A stretch of DNA of 64,000 bases, taken from positions 33,133 through 97,132 of the forward strand of contig JACOYO010000001.1 in NCBI GenBank assembly GCA_016181845.1, in the 5' to 3' direction. Of this stretch, positions 55,201 to 64,000 are shown piece after piece. Origin of the DNA: Parcubacteria group bacterium (lineage in GTDB: Bacteria; Patescibacteriota; Minisyncoccia; Phycocordibacterales; 21-14-all-47-15). Position 1 is the first letter of the stretch. Each line of letters opens with the position of its first letter. Position numbers and translations under genes: made by a program. The notes under the pieces were generated by a model. That model saw only the letters and a program-made list of their open reading frames with translations, ran no database searches and was not told the DNA's origin.

Positions 55201-55986
55201 TCATTTTTCCATGTTTATCGGGTCAGTCTTCGCATGGACGGTATACTCATCCAAACCGATATAATAGACCTTCGGTTCAGTGCCGTGTTCCGAACCCAAA
55301 CGTTGTACCGAGTTTTGGCTTATCGTTTTACTGATTTCACTATTCGGGTCATTCAAATCCCCGAATATCCGCGCGCCGTAACGGCACGCGTCAACACAAG
55401 CCGGCAATTCGCCACGAAGAACTTTGTGCATACAAAAAGTGCATTTATCAGCAGTTTCTTTTTTGGGATCCATGTACCGCGCCCGATATGGACAAGCGCT
55501 AACGCACATGCCGCATCCGATACATTTATCGTATTGGATGAGCACGGCGCCAGATTTATCTTTGTAAGTCGCACCTGTGGGGCAATTTTTCTCACAGGGC
55601 GCCTTATCGCAATGCATGCACAATCTAGGCATGAAGTGTCGCGACACATCCGGGAATTTTCCACAGTCAACAACCTTCACCCAAGACCGAAATACACCCG
55701 GGGAAATATGATTTTCAGACTTGCACGCGACGTGGCATGCTTTACATCCAATGCATTTCCGCAGATCAATAACCATTCCCAATCTCTTTCCGGTTTCCTT
55801 GCCATTTTCTGTAAGATTTTTTTCTACAACAGTGGCAATAACCGGTTCAGGTAATGCGGCGCCTCCGACAACGACTCCGGCCGCTATAGCCGCGTTTCTT
55901 AAAAAATGCCTTCGGTCAATATGCCCGGTATCGTCCACGATTGAACATTCCTTAATGTCATTCGCTTCTTTTTTATTTTTTTCCAT
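55201..55986 (-). CDS. 4Fe-4S ferredoxin-type electron-transfer subunit (TtrB/NrfC-like) with a Tat signal
   Basis: RRHFLRNAAIAAG twin-arginine motif. Four C-x2-C-x2-C-x3-CP clusters. Confidence 0.8.
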   Translation of the reverse strand: MEKNKKEANDIKECSIVDDTGHIDRRHFLRNAAIAAGVVVGGAALPEPVIATVVEKNLTENGKETGKRLGMVIDLRKCIGCKACHVACKSENHISPGVFRSWVKVVDCGKFPDVSRHFMPRLCMHCDKAPCEKNCPTGATYKDKSGAVLIQYDKCIGCGMCVSACPYRARYMDPKKETADKCTFCMHKVLRGELPACVDACRYGARIFGDLNDPNSEISKTISQNSVQRLGSEHGTEPKVYYIGLDEYTVHAKTDPINMEK

Positions 55987-56310
55987 AACGTCCCGCTCCT
56001 TTCAAAAGTATACGGCGTTGCATTATTAAGTAACGCTAGTGCCAGAAAAAAATTCCTTCAGGTGAGATTCACCTTATAGCCAAATTCAAGCGAGCAACCA
56101 TTTCTTTCTGTTCAGTAGTTCAGATTGGATAATTCTATATTGTCAAAAAGCTTCTGCCATAACGGCATATTAAAATTCTCATTCTGGCTAACAGAATACT
56201 ACTAAAAAATTTCTTGACAAATTTTATGATTATTTTAAATACTTAATAAAAAATCATCGCGATAATGATCTGAATTATCTAAACAAAACCTATATGCAAA
56301 GCCGTTTTTC

Positions 56311-56345
56311 TTGACAAAAAAATTATTGATACTATCATAAATATG
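56311..56345 (+). promoter_or_regulatory. Putative sigma70-type promoter for the TrmB-like regulator (TTGACA, N17, TATCAT)
   Basis: Hexamer match read by eye, ~25 nt upstream of the start at 56369. Confidence 0.3.
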
Positions 56346-56368
56346 ACGACAAAATTATTGTCATATTT

Positions 56369-57100
56369 ATGCATTTACAACACACCATACAGCAATTGGG
56401 TTATACGCCAAATGAAGTAAGGGTATATCTTACCTCGCTTGAATTAGGTGAAGCGACCATTTCAGAGATTGCAGAAAAGGCAAAATTGCCGCGAACAAGC
56501 GTCCAGTTGATTATTCACGATTTGCATGCAAAGCGCCTTTTGTATTCATACGCCAAGAACCGCCGAAAATGCTATATCGCTGAAAATCCGGAAAAGTTGC
56601 TTATTCAATTGCGAGAACGCGAGGCGGCGCTGAAAGAAATATTGCCAGAATTGCACGGCATAAGGCACGAGACTGGCGTAAAGCCGACCGTACGTTCGTA
56701 TAATGGCACCGGTGGCATTTGGAATATCCTCAACGATATTCTGGAAACGAAACAAAATCTCCGCTCTCTTTCGTCAATTGACGACATGTCTTTGCTTCTT
56801 GGCGATGAATTCAATGATTTTGTTACCCTGCGACATAAAAACAATCTCCGCGTTCAATTGCTCACTCCGCGCTCCAGAGAAACAGAGGCGCTTAAAAAGC
56901 GCGACTCGCTTGAATTGCGGGAAGTGCGTTTTCTTAAACCTGAAGTAAAAATTCACAACGCAAACTTTATTTACGGAGAAAAAGTCGCCATTATATCACT
57001 TAATAAAAAACTGCCCGTTGGAATCATTATTAAAGACAGGGACATCGCCGCCACACAAGCAATGCTTTTTGATACGCTTTGGGAAACAAGCAGAGAATAA
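56369..57100 (+). CDS. TrmB-family transcriptional regulator (N-terminal winged HTH)
   Basis: LGYTPNEVRVYLTSLELGEATISEIAEKAKLPRTSV.LII.DL. Divergent from the ttrBCA-like operon. Confidence 0.55.
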   Translation: MHLQHTIQQLGYTPNEVRVYLTSLELGEATISEIAEKAKLPRTSVQLIIHDLHAKRLLYSYAKNRRKCYIAENPEKLLIQLREREAALKEILPELHGIRHETGVKPTVRSYNGTGGIWNILNDILETKQNLRSLSSIDDMSLLLGDEFNDFVTLRHKNNLRVQLLTPRSRETEALKKRDSLELREVRFLKPEVKIHNANFIYGEKVAIISLNKKLPVGIIIKDRDIAATQAMLFDTLWETSRE

Positions 57101-57569
57101 AAACATCGGGGCATTTTCGTGTGCGCAGAAAAAAAGTGACGCGCCAATTTATAGAAATAGTTCTTTGTGTTAAATCAGCATGTTTTTTGTGCTCAAGACA
57201 CACTGAATTGATGCAGTAGCGTTTTCCTCTCGGTGTGTGGCCGTCGTCAAACACATGCCCTAGATGCGAGCCGCATGTTGCACAAACCACTTCGGTGCGA
57301 TGCATGCCGTGCGAATCGTCGGTGATATATTCCACCGCGCCAGGAAGAGCGCTGTCAAAAGAAGGCCAGCCGGTGCCGGAATCAAATTTTGCATCGGAAG
57401 AAAAGAGTTTGTTTCCGCACACTTTGCACGCATACATTCCCGCTTCGTTTGTCTTTGCATACACGCCCGAAAAAGAGGCTTCGGTACCCTTATCACGCAA
57501 GACGGCATACTCTTCGGATGTGAGCCGTTTTTTCAATGCTTCTTCGTTTTTGATATATTTGTTATTCAT
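57030..57569 (-). CDS. msrB: Peptide-methionine (R)-S-oxide reductase MsrB with an unusual ~55-aa C-terminal extension
   Basis: Two CxxC pairs (CKVCGNKLF ... CATCGSHLGHVFDDG) and the RYCINS motif. Start taken at MNNKYIKNEEALKKRLT. The reading frame continues past the normal MsrB end and overlaps the TrmB-like gene's 3' end. Confidence 0.75.
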   Translation of the reverse strand: MNNKYIKNEEALKKRLTSEEYAVLRDKGTEASFSGVYAKTNEAGMYACKVCGNKLFSSDAKFDSGTGWPSFDSALPGAVEYITDDSHGMHRTEVVCATCGSHLGHVFDDGHTPRGKRYCINSVCLEHKKHADLTQRTISINWRVTFFLRTRKCPDVFILCLFPKAYQKALLVWRRCPCL

Positions 57570-57588
57570 ATAATTTATATCGCGTCTT

Positions 57589-58074
57589 TTATACATGGCA
57601 TGCGCCGCCGCCGTGTTTTTCAAAATACCGCTGATGATATTCTTCGGCACGATAAAACGGACTGGCTTTGGTAATTTCCGTCACGATAGGATTATTAAAT
57701 TTTTTTGACGTATCAAGCGTTTCTTTAGATTTTCGCGCCGCGATTTCCTGTGTCGCGCTATGAAAAAATATCGCCGAACGATACTGCTCTCCAACATCGG
57801 GACCCTGACGGTTTGCTGTCGTAGGATCGTGCATATCCCAAAACGCCTGGAGCAAAACTTCGTATGAAACTTCTTTCGGGTCAAAAAGCACATGAACGGC
57901 CTCCGCATGCCCAGTTTTTCCTCCGCATACGTCTTCATACGTTGGATGTTTTGTGTGTCCACCCACATAGCCGACGATGACGTCTTTCACCCCTTTGATT
58001 TTTCTAAACGCCTCCTCAACGCCCCAGAAACATCCTGCGGCAAACGTTGCTTTTTCAAGATTGATGGTTGTCAT
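57589..58074 (-). CDS. msrA: Peptide-methionine (S)-S-oxide reductase MsrA
   Basis: GCFWGVE active-site motif. Start taken at [18 protein letters not shown]. Confidence 0.85.
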   Translation of the reverse strand: MTTINLEKATFAAGCFWGVEEAFRKIKGVKDVIVGYVGGHTKHPTYEDVCGGKTGHAEAVHVLFDPKEVSYEVLLQAFWDMHDPTTANRQGPDVGEQYRSAIFFHSATQEIAARKSKETLDTSKKFNNPIVTEITKASPFYRAEEYHQRYFEKHGGGACHV

Positions 58075-58114
58075 GAAATACAGCGCCTTATTAACGACAC
58101 CTGTTTGTATCACG

Positions 58115-58378
58115 CTATTTCAACTCGGAAAACTTCTCTCGCAATTCTTTTTCGGTTGTCCCGCCCATGGCAAACAGCTCATCATTGATGATAATTCCAG
58201 GGCTCGACATAATACCGTATTTCCCAATGAGTTCCTGGCCTTCGGGAGTTGTCATGTCTACTTCCCTGACATCAAGTTCGGGATACTCCGAGCCTATTTT
58301 TTTTAATAATTCCTTGGTTTGCGCGCAGTGTATACATCCTTCGCGAGTTACTAGAGTCATTTTAATTGTTTTGCTCAT
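58115..58378 (-). CDS. Glutaredoxin/NrdH-like thioredoxin-fold protein
   Basis: 87 aa with CIHC (CxxC) near the N-terminus, and [13 protein letters not shown]. Confidence 0.6.
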   Translation of the reverse strand: MSKTIKMTLVTREGCIHCAQTKELLKKIGSEYPELDVREVDMTTPEGQELIGKYGIMSSPGIIINDELFAMGGTTEKELREKFSELK

Positions 58379-58531
58379 AATGATTTGATTTTTTAATTTT
58401 TTTAATATGCTTGGCTGCGACTATTGCCAAGATGATAATAAGAAACGCCAAAACAGGACCAAGAGCATTGTCAATCGTTACAGTCGTAGCGCCCTCCTCA
58501 TGGGCATATGCAATTTGAATAATAGAAAAAT

Positions 58532-59503
58532 TCATAATGATTGACTTTGTGTTAATTTTTTGCGCTCCACAAACGCGTCACAAATAATAACCGCTCCGAC
58601 CATAAGCCCGATTAGCACCCACGGCAGTATTGTTGCGGTTCCGCCTTGAATGTTTAGCAATACTTCTATGTCCGCGCTCTCAGCGATACTTGGCAATGCT
58701 TTCGTGATTAAATTATTCCATGCGACATGAAATATTGATTCTTCCCAAAATGCCATCTTGAATGGAAGATACTGAAAAAGATAGGCGCCAATGCCGACCA
58801 GCCCCCAGCCCATTGCTCTTTCAATTTTCGTTTGCTGACGGCTTACCCAATCAATTGTGTTAATCCCCAAAATGGCAAGAATGGTTAAGAAAATAAGCGG
58901 CGTGGCTCTACCCAAACCGTGTATCACTCCTAGGGTAATCCCGTCTCCAACATTGCCGACAGTCGCAATATAGGTCAGCAAAACATAAAATGCGGGGTTG
59001 GGACAGCCCACACCGGCATTGCCCAAGAAAAGACCCATAAAAAATGATTTTGAATAATCACCGCTTTTTTGCAAGCGCGTCGGCAGAACCTTCGCCATGA
59101 AAGGCAAGCGTAGGGTGAACAGCCGCAATTCAGACAGCCCGAAAATAAATGCCATTGCTCCGGCAATGCCGAACATGAAACGGATAAGAGTATTCATGCC
59201 GATATATTGCCCGAACCATGAGACAGCCGCTCCATAGATGCTCAAAGTGATTGCGAGCCCAAGACCAAAAAGAATCGCCATCGTAAGCCCCTTCACTGGC
59301 GATTGCCGCATTGCAAGCGGAATAATCACGAATACCAATGGCAGTGTGCATGGCAGAAAAATCATGGAAAGACCGGCCGCGTATGCAAATACTAGACCGG
59401 CTTGCGCTCCGGGCGTGGTGACTAGCCAAAAAATGCCGATGATTGTTATTGAGAGAAGGAGAAAAGAAAAAATTATCAAACCGTTGCGGATTTTGGATGT
59501 CAT
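58532..59503 (-). CDS. DsbD/CcdA-family transmembrane thiol-disulfide electron transporter (cytochrome c biogenesis-like)
   Basis: Polytopic membrane protein; Cys within TM1 (LPCTLPLVFV). Larger (323 aa) than a typical CcdA. Confidence 0.5.
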   Translation of the reverse strand: MTSKIRNGLIIFSFLLLSITIIGIFWLVTTPGAQAGLVFAYAAGLSMIFLPCTLPLVFVIIPLAMRQSPVKGLTMAILFGLGLAITLSIYGAAVSWFGQYIGMNTLIRFMFGIAGAMAFIFGLSELRLFTLRLPFMAKVLPTRLQKSGDYSKSFFMGLFLGNAGVGCPNPAFYVLLTYIATVGNVGDGITLGVIHGLGRATPLIFLTILAILGINTIDWVSRQQTKIERAMGWGLVGIGAYLFQYLPFKMAFWEESIFHVAWNNLITKALPSIAESADIEVLLNIQGGTATILPWVLIGLMVGAVIICDAFVERKKLTQSQSL

Positions 59504-59599
59504 ATTACTTTTTCATAAACAATTTTGCGTTGTTGATAATTTTTTGAATTATTTGGTCAATTTTCTATAGTATAATCAAATTCCATACGCATTCTCATT

Positions 59600-60100
59600 T
59601 TAGCACAGAGTACAAACTTTACTTATCTTTCTTGCCGTCAGATAAATAGCAATGAGCAAAGCCAGGATTATGACAACAACAAAATACAACCGATAGTTCA
59701 GAGCAAAGACAACGCCACCAAATCCAATACCGAAAAATGAGAATAACGGTGCGAGACAAGAAGTGCAAAATGCCGTGCCGGCAATGCCGGCAAACAATGC
59801 ACCAACGCCTCCACTGACTGTGGTTCCTAATCCGTCAATCTTTTTTTTCTGACGCATAACATATATCTGCATCGTCATAAAAAGAGAATATAGTCCTGAA
59901 AGTAATCCGACCACTAAATAATCACGCAAAGTAAATATTTCAAGTTGTGTTGCGACAGTATTCCCAGCCACGGTAAATACAGGAATAAGTATAAAAAGAA
60001 TAAACATCACTACAAAAGCCAATAAAAATAGCACGATATAATTTTTGTCTTTAAATGGCGTTTTGATGCCGAACCAAGTTGTCAAGAAAATATTCTTCAT
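59600..60100 (-). CDS. Small membrane protein with intramembrane CxxC and C-terminal CxxC (possible metal/thiol transport component)
   Basis: 4-5 transmembrane helices; FCTSCLAPLF and a C-terminal ..VCTLC. Immediately downstream of the merA-like gene. No confident family assignment. Confidence 0.3.
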   Translation of the reverse strand: MKNIFLTTWFGIKTPFKDKNYIVLFLLAFVVMFILFILIPVFTVAGNTVATQLEIFTLRDYLVVGLLSGLYSLFMTMQIYVMRQKKKIDGLGTTVSGGVGALFAGIAGTAFCTSCLAPLFSFFGIGFGGVVFALNYRLYFVVVIILALLIAIYLTARKISKVCTLC

Positions 60101-60101
60101 A

Positions 60102-61508
60102 TTAAATACAGCAACTTAGTTGTGAGAGATCTTTGGTGAATGAGAGTGCAACATATTTGACTGCTTCTGACATTGTTGGAAACACTGGTTCAGAGTTAAG
60201 CACATCATCAATGGTATTTTTGTTTTTAACGAGCACCATTGCTTGGGCAATAAGATCAGCGGCGTTTGGAGCAAGAATATGAACTCCTAAAATAACTTTG
60301 GTCTTTGGGTGGATTCCCATTTTAATAAGTCCTTCTGTTCTGCGTGTGATACCTGCCTTTGGTATTACCTCAAAAGGCACGGTGCGACATGCGCATACGC
60401 CGTCTCTTTCCATTTGAGCGTCTTCAGTAAGTCCAACACTTGCATATCCCGGGTCAGTAAATATTGCATATGGAACAGTATCGTAATCAATACTGTTTTT
60501 CTCTTCATTAAGTGCATTTAGAGTAGCAATGGTGCCTTCATGACCAGCGGTTGTCTCTAGTCGTAGTGGTAAATTAGTTACATCTCCCACAGAATAGATA
60601 TACGGCACATTTGTCTTAAAATTAGTATTTACGACAACTGCTTTTCGTTCGTTTACATCAACACCTGGAATATCAAGGTTGAGTGATTCTGTGTTTGCTG
60701 TCTTACCTGCCGCAAGTAAAATTTCATCTACTGCAACTTCCTCGGTTTTTCCATTTATTGTGTACGAGAGAACTTTTTTACCGTTTTCACTTCGGGCGCT
60801 TTTAACTTCCGCGTTGGTTTTAATGATGATACCTTCTTTCTCCAGTAACTCTGCGAGCCTGGTTATAAGCTCAACTTCACCGTGAGGGAATATTCTTTCT
60901 CTGCTTTGTAGAATGGTGCATTTCGTACCAAATCGGGAATACATTTGTGCAAATTCAAGCCCAACTGGACCGGCGCCAATAATTGCCAACTCTTTTGGTT
61001 GTTCTTTCAACTTTAATGCCTCAACGTGCGTTATATATCCTACTTCTTTAATCTTGTCTATTTGCGGCACGTTGGCGGTAGAGCCGGTGGCGATAATGAA
61101 TTTATCTGCTGTAAGTTTTTTTCTATTAACCACCACTTCTTTTTCACCTGAAAACGAGGCTCGTCCTTCTATGTAGGTCACGTACTCCAGACTCTTTAGC
61201 ACTTTTTCATATTTTTCATTTCTAAACCCACCAACCATTTTCAGTTCATCGTCAATAACTTTATTGAAATCAAAGTTTTTTACTTCAAGCTCAATGCCTG
61301 AAACACCGTGGTTTTTCGCCATATAGAGCACTTCTCCCGCATGAAGCAGTAGCTTGGAAGGCACGCATCCAACATTCACACATGTTCCACCTGCGGGTAG
61401 TCCGCTATTAATAATCGCTGTCTTCTTTTTTAATTCGTTTGCTTTTATAGCAGAAGCAAATGCTGACGCTCCTCCTCCTAATATAATAAGGTCGTATTGA
61501 TTATTCAT
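60102..61508 (-). CDS. merA: Pyridine nucleotide-disulfide oxidoreductase, mercuric reductase (MerA)-like core without the NmerA domain
   Basis: FAD motif GGGASAFASA. Redox-active GGTCVNVGCVPSK identical to the MerA active-site motif. C-terminal Cys pair (..LSCCI). Confidence 0.6.
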   Translation of the reverse strand: MNNQYDLIILGGGASAFASAIKANELKKKTAIINSGLPAGGTCVNVGCVPSKLLLHAGEVLYMAKNHGVSGIELEVKNFDFNKVIDDELKMVGGFRNEKYEKVLKSLEYVTYIEGRASFSGEKEVVVNRKKLTADKFIIATGSTANVPQIDKIKEVGYITHVEALKLKEQPKELAIIGAGPVGLEFAQMYSRFGTKCTILQSRERIFPHGEVELITRLAELLEKEGIIIKTNAEVKSARSENGKKVLSYTINGKTEEVAVDEILLAAGKTANTESLNLDIPGVDVNERKAVVVNTNFKTNVPYIYSVGDVTNLPLRLETTAGHEGTIATLNALNEEKNSIDYDTVPYAIFTDPGYASVGLTEDAQMERDGVCACRTVPFEVIPKAGITRRTEGLIKMGIHPKTKVILGVHILAPNAADLIAQAMVLVKNKNTIDDVLNSEPVFPTMSEAVKYVALSFTKDLSQLSCCI

Positions 61509-61831
61509 ATATTGTTTAAGATATTTTTTAAAATTTTATTAAATCCCATATTGGCAAGTTTATAATATACGATTTTGTGGTCTCGGCGTGAATCAACAAG
61601 ATAATTTTCACGTAATCTCTTAAGAGAGTGCGACACAACGGATATAGAAACATCTAATATATCGGCAATTTCTCCTACAGAAAGTTCAGGGTGCTTACAC
61701 AACAACCAGCAAATCTTCATACGCGTAGGGTCGCCAACTAAACCAAACTGTTCAGCACATTGAAGTACTGATTCCTCATTCTCTAGCTCCTTTTTAATTT
61801 TTTTAGTCATATCACTTGAACGTATATTCAA
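61505..61831 (-). CDS. ArsR/SmtB-family metalloregulatory transcription factor
   Basis: wHTH GEIADILDVSISVVSHSLKRLRE. TTG start overlapping the merA-like start (ATGA-type coupling). Confidence 0.75.
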   Translation of the reverse strand: MNIRSSDMTKKIKKELENEESVLQCAEQFGLVGDPTRMKICWLLCKHPELSVGEIADILDVSISVVSHSLKRLRENYLVDSRRDHKIVYYKLANMGFNKILKNILNNI

Positions 61832-61909
61832 ATGATAACATCATTGTGCAATAGTTGTAAATGAGGCTAATGTTGTGGAAAATAAAGGGCTACCCTTTGT
61901 TTTCATACG

Positions 61910-63061
61910 CTATTTCAAATACCGCTCAATATTCGCCTGATGTTCTTTGAGTGTCGCAGAGCAGTGGATATTGCTGTCGCTATCGTGAAGGTAGTAGAAG
62001 CAATTTGTTTCTTTCGGATAAAGCACGGCTTCAATTGCATTGACGCCGGGGTTGGCTATCGGATGTGGCGGTAGCCCCTTATATAAGTATGTATTGTAGG
62101 GAGAATCAATACTTCGCGTATCGCTTCCGCCAATCGGCGCCCACCATTTTTCAATGCCTCGGTATTCCACACTTGGCTGAAGTATTTCAGAATTGAAGCA
62201 AAGATTATTTTTTGGATTACGCGCATAGCTGTCGGGGTCTTCACACGGGTCGTTTTTGTATGCGAGCCGTGTGTCTCGCGCGTACTGAACAGTCGCATCA
62301 ATATCTAGTTTTTGACCATTCAAAAGCCGGTTCCAAAGAATACCTGCGATGAGCGGCATGTCGTCCTTTCCCGCCGCTTCTCGTTGTACAAGCGAAGCTA
62401 TTTTGAGAAGCGTCGGCCATCTGATGTTTTGTTTATTTGCTTCTTTCAAATACGGCGCAAACATTTCGTTAAACTTGGCTCGCAAACGGTCGGCAACTTG
62501 AAGCAGGCCTTCGTCTACCGGAATGAGGTACGTGTCTGGGAAATAGACGCCTTCCACCTCATCAAACTTCATAGAAGTATGCGTGTTCACCCAGCTGTTT
62601 TTTTGCTGACCTGTCCAGCCAAGCGTGTCTCCGATGAGTTCGGCGATTTGTTCTTTCCGTAATCCTTCTGGAATAACCACCCATTTCATGTATGGTCCTT
62701 TCTTTAAAACGCCAGCGACCTCAAAGACATTCATCGACTTGGAGATTTTGTAAGCGCCAGACGCGATGCAGTCCACACAGCGCGATGAAATCCTACCGGA
62801 AAACGCGATACTGAAGCCCAAGGTACTTTTGATAAAGCCTTTTTCCTTAAGAAGTTCTGCGACCTCGCGCGAGTCATCAACGATTTTCTTGTCATGATCT
62901 TCCGCGGTGGTTATGGGAATCGTAAATTGCTCAAGTTCCGCCTGTTTTTGAGGAGCGCCAAAAAGCGATGTATATAGCAAAAAAGCCGCGCCTGTGGCAA
63001 GTAAAAAGCCAAATACGACGATGAGTATCGTCCTGTATTTTGAATCCTGCATAAAAAGCAT
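61910..63061 (-). CDS. mltG: Endolytic murein transglycosylase MltG (YceG family)
   Basis: N-terminal TM helix. YceG motifs NTYLYKGLPPHPIANPG. Confidence 0.8.
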   Translation of the reverse strand: MLFMQDSKYRTILIVVFGFLLATGAAFLLYTSLFGAPQKQAELEQFTIPITTAEDHDKKIVDDSREVAELLKEKGFIKSTLGFSIAFSGRISSRCVDCIASGAYKISKSMNVFEVAGVLKKGPYMKWVVIPEGLRKEQIAELIGDTLGWTGQQKNSWVNTHTSMKFDEVEGVYFPDTYLIPVDEGLLQVADRLRAKFNEMFAPYLKEANKQNIRWPTLLKIASLVQREAAGKDDMPLIAGILWNRLLNGQKLDIDATVQYARDTRLAYKNDPCEDPDSYARNPKNNLCFNSEILQPSVEYRGIEKWWAPIGGSDTRSIDSPYNTYLYKGLPPHPIANPGVNAIEAVLYPKETNCFYYLHDSDSNIHCSATLKEHQANIERYLK

Positions 63062-63265
63062 AACTACATTTTATACTTTTTTGTGTGTAAACGCTCGCCA
63101 CACAACAGAAAAATCCTCTCTGTCTTTTTTCACCATATTTTTTTGACTATCCACAGATTTATTGACTTTTTGTACTCATTTGGTATATACTAACTCTAGT
63201 AAGCATCGGCTTGCACGGATTTTGATCAAGGTCCCACCCGCAATGGTGGGACCTTTGATATTTGT

Positions 63266-63877
63266 TTACCGTCTCTGAAAACGATCCATGTTCAGTCGAT
63301 ACTCAAAATCATCAGCATACAAAATCTCCTCAATAATTCCATCGCGCTTGGCATCTATCACCTCACGTCCAATATGACCACGCGCCCCCATTATTATCGC
63401 TTGTTTTTTATATTCTTCCTTTAGATATTGAATCGCCGTAACCAAATCACCATCGCCAGAGAAAAGTACGACAGTATCATAATTATCCCTTTCACGAATG
63501 AGATCAACTACCATTTCTACATCAAGATCGCATTTTTTCTCAAAACCATATATGTTGTCAGTACTGTGAATATACTTTACTCTTTTATCCACGACATTAA
63601 AGCCATTGAGGTCTGCCGTACGAAGTATGTTTTTTGACCAAGGTACCAAATCTATTGATTTTTCCTTTTGTCCATAGTCTGCCCCATAATAAAATCGCCG
63701 CAAAAATTTTTGCCCAAATGAAAAATTTTTAACAAACGCCGCAAGCTCTCGAATGCCGACACGCCACCCTAGGTTATGTTTCCATTTTTCCACATTGCCA
63801 AAATCAACAATAACAATTGTTCTTTCTCGCCGTGGCATATATCCACTTAAGTATTGTTTGATATTATTCTGATTCAT
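63266..63877 (-). CDS. NYN-domain (LabA-like) protein
   Basis: IVIVDFGNV ... DLDVEMVVD ... VLFSGDGDL pattern of PIN-like NYN nucleases. Confidence 0.7.
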   Translation of the reverse strand: MNQNNIKQYLSGYMPRRERTIVIVDFGNVEKWKHNLGWRVGIRELAAFVKNFSFGQKFLRRFYYGADYGQKEKSIDLVPWSKNILRTADLNGFNVVDKRVKYIHSTDNIYGFEKKCDLDVEMVVDLIRERDNYDTVVLFSGDGDLVTAIQYLKEEYKKQAIIMGARGHIGREVIDAKRDGIIEEILYADDFEYRLNMDRFQRR

Positions 63878-63958
63878 AAAACTATTTTATCAATCCTTAA
63901 TCTCTATGTTCCATCTATCTGCTACACTTACCAACGACAAATAGACTCGAGCTCAAAA

Positions 63959-64000
63959 CTGCGGGACTAGGATTCGAACCTAGATGACATGATTCAGAGT
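63959..64000 (-). tRNA. Partial tRNA gene (3' half: acceptor 3' strand, T-arm, variable loop), truncated by the window end; no CCA encoded
   Basis: Minus-strand read ..GTCAT-CTAGG-TTCGAAT-CCTAG-TCCCGCA-G shows the canonical T-loop GGTTCGAATCC. Anticodon lies outside or at the window edge, so identity is undetermined. Confidence 0.55.

Noticed and set aside
60102-61831. A genuine mercury-resistance (mer) operon
   Set aside because: The MerA-like active site and an ArsR regulator are present, but there is no MerR, MerP, MerT with the CC motif, or NmerA domain. Context (msrA/msrB/glutaredoxin/CcdA) points to general thiol redox repair. Annotated only as merA-like.
1-64000. rRNA genes, CRISPR arrays, intact IS elements / transposase genes, integrases, prophage genes
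   Set aside because: Searched by eye for conserved 16S/23S motifs, for regularly spaced direct repeats and for transposase/integrase-like ORFs. None found. The only mobile-like sequences are the non-autonomous MITE-like repeats and the 28-bp palindromes.

Overview
The window is a 64 kb, moderately AT-rich bacterial region with very dense genes, mostly on the minus strand. About 33 kb (positions ~400-33,400) is a surface-glycan / putative protein-glycosylation super-locus. The super-locus holds:
- at least 8 GT4 glycosyltransferases;
- 4 GT2 DPM1-like (polyprenyl-phosphate-sugar synthase type) enzymes;
- 3 polytopic GT-C-like (PMT/ArnT-like) membrane transferases;
- nucleotide-sugar enzymes: gmd, rfbB, an RmlA-like nucleotidyltransferase fused to GT2, an FdtA-like 3,4-ketoisomerase, a DegT aminotransferase, a TylCIII-like C-methyltransferase, a NUDIX hydrolase, an aldo-keto reductase, an AsnB-like amidotransferase and two SDR epimerases;
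- five SAM methyltransferases;
- a membrane-anchored lamin-tail-domain (LTD) surface protein as the first gene of a GT4 operon.

Downstream lie a DMT-like membrane protein, an orphan TrwB/VirD4-like ATPase, a PAP2 phosphatase, a DEAD-box helicase, a phoU-like/pit operon, a PIF1-type helicase, a DUF5667-like secreted coiled-coil protein, obg, an rlmB-like gene and a SAM methyltransferase. Then come a Tat-dependent molybdoenzyme operon in ttrBCA order with a divergent TrmB-like regulator, a thiol/redox repair cluster (msrB, msrA, a glutaredoxin-like protein, a CcdA/DsbD-like protein, a merA-like reductase, an ArsR regulator), mltG, an NYN-domain protein and a partial tRNA at the window edge.

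No rRNA or CRISPR array was found. The most unusual signals are in repeat structure rather than gene content:
1. In-frame heptanucleotide repeat tracts sit inside three glycosyltransferase genes, two of them tandem paralogues, suggesting slipped-strand phase variation.
2. A 28-bp perfect palindrome occurs three times, twice translated in-frame inside unrelated genes.
3. A four-member family of intergenic MITE-like elements carries a hairpin preserved by covariation.
4. Two perfect palindromes (23 and 35 bp) sit immediately upstream of the repeat-bearing GT4 genes.
5. 19-25-bp inverted repeats bracket the phoU-pit operon.
6. A candidate ~90-nt sRNA has UUCG and GCAA tetraloops.

All calls come from reading the sequence and the ORF translations; no database search was possible.
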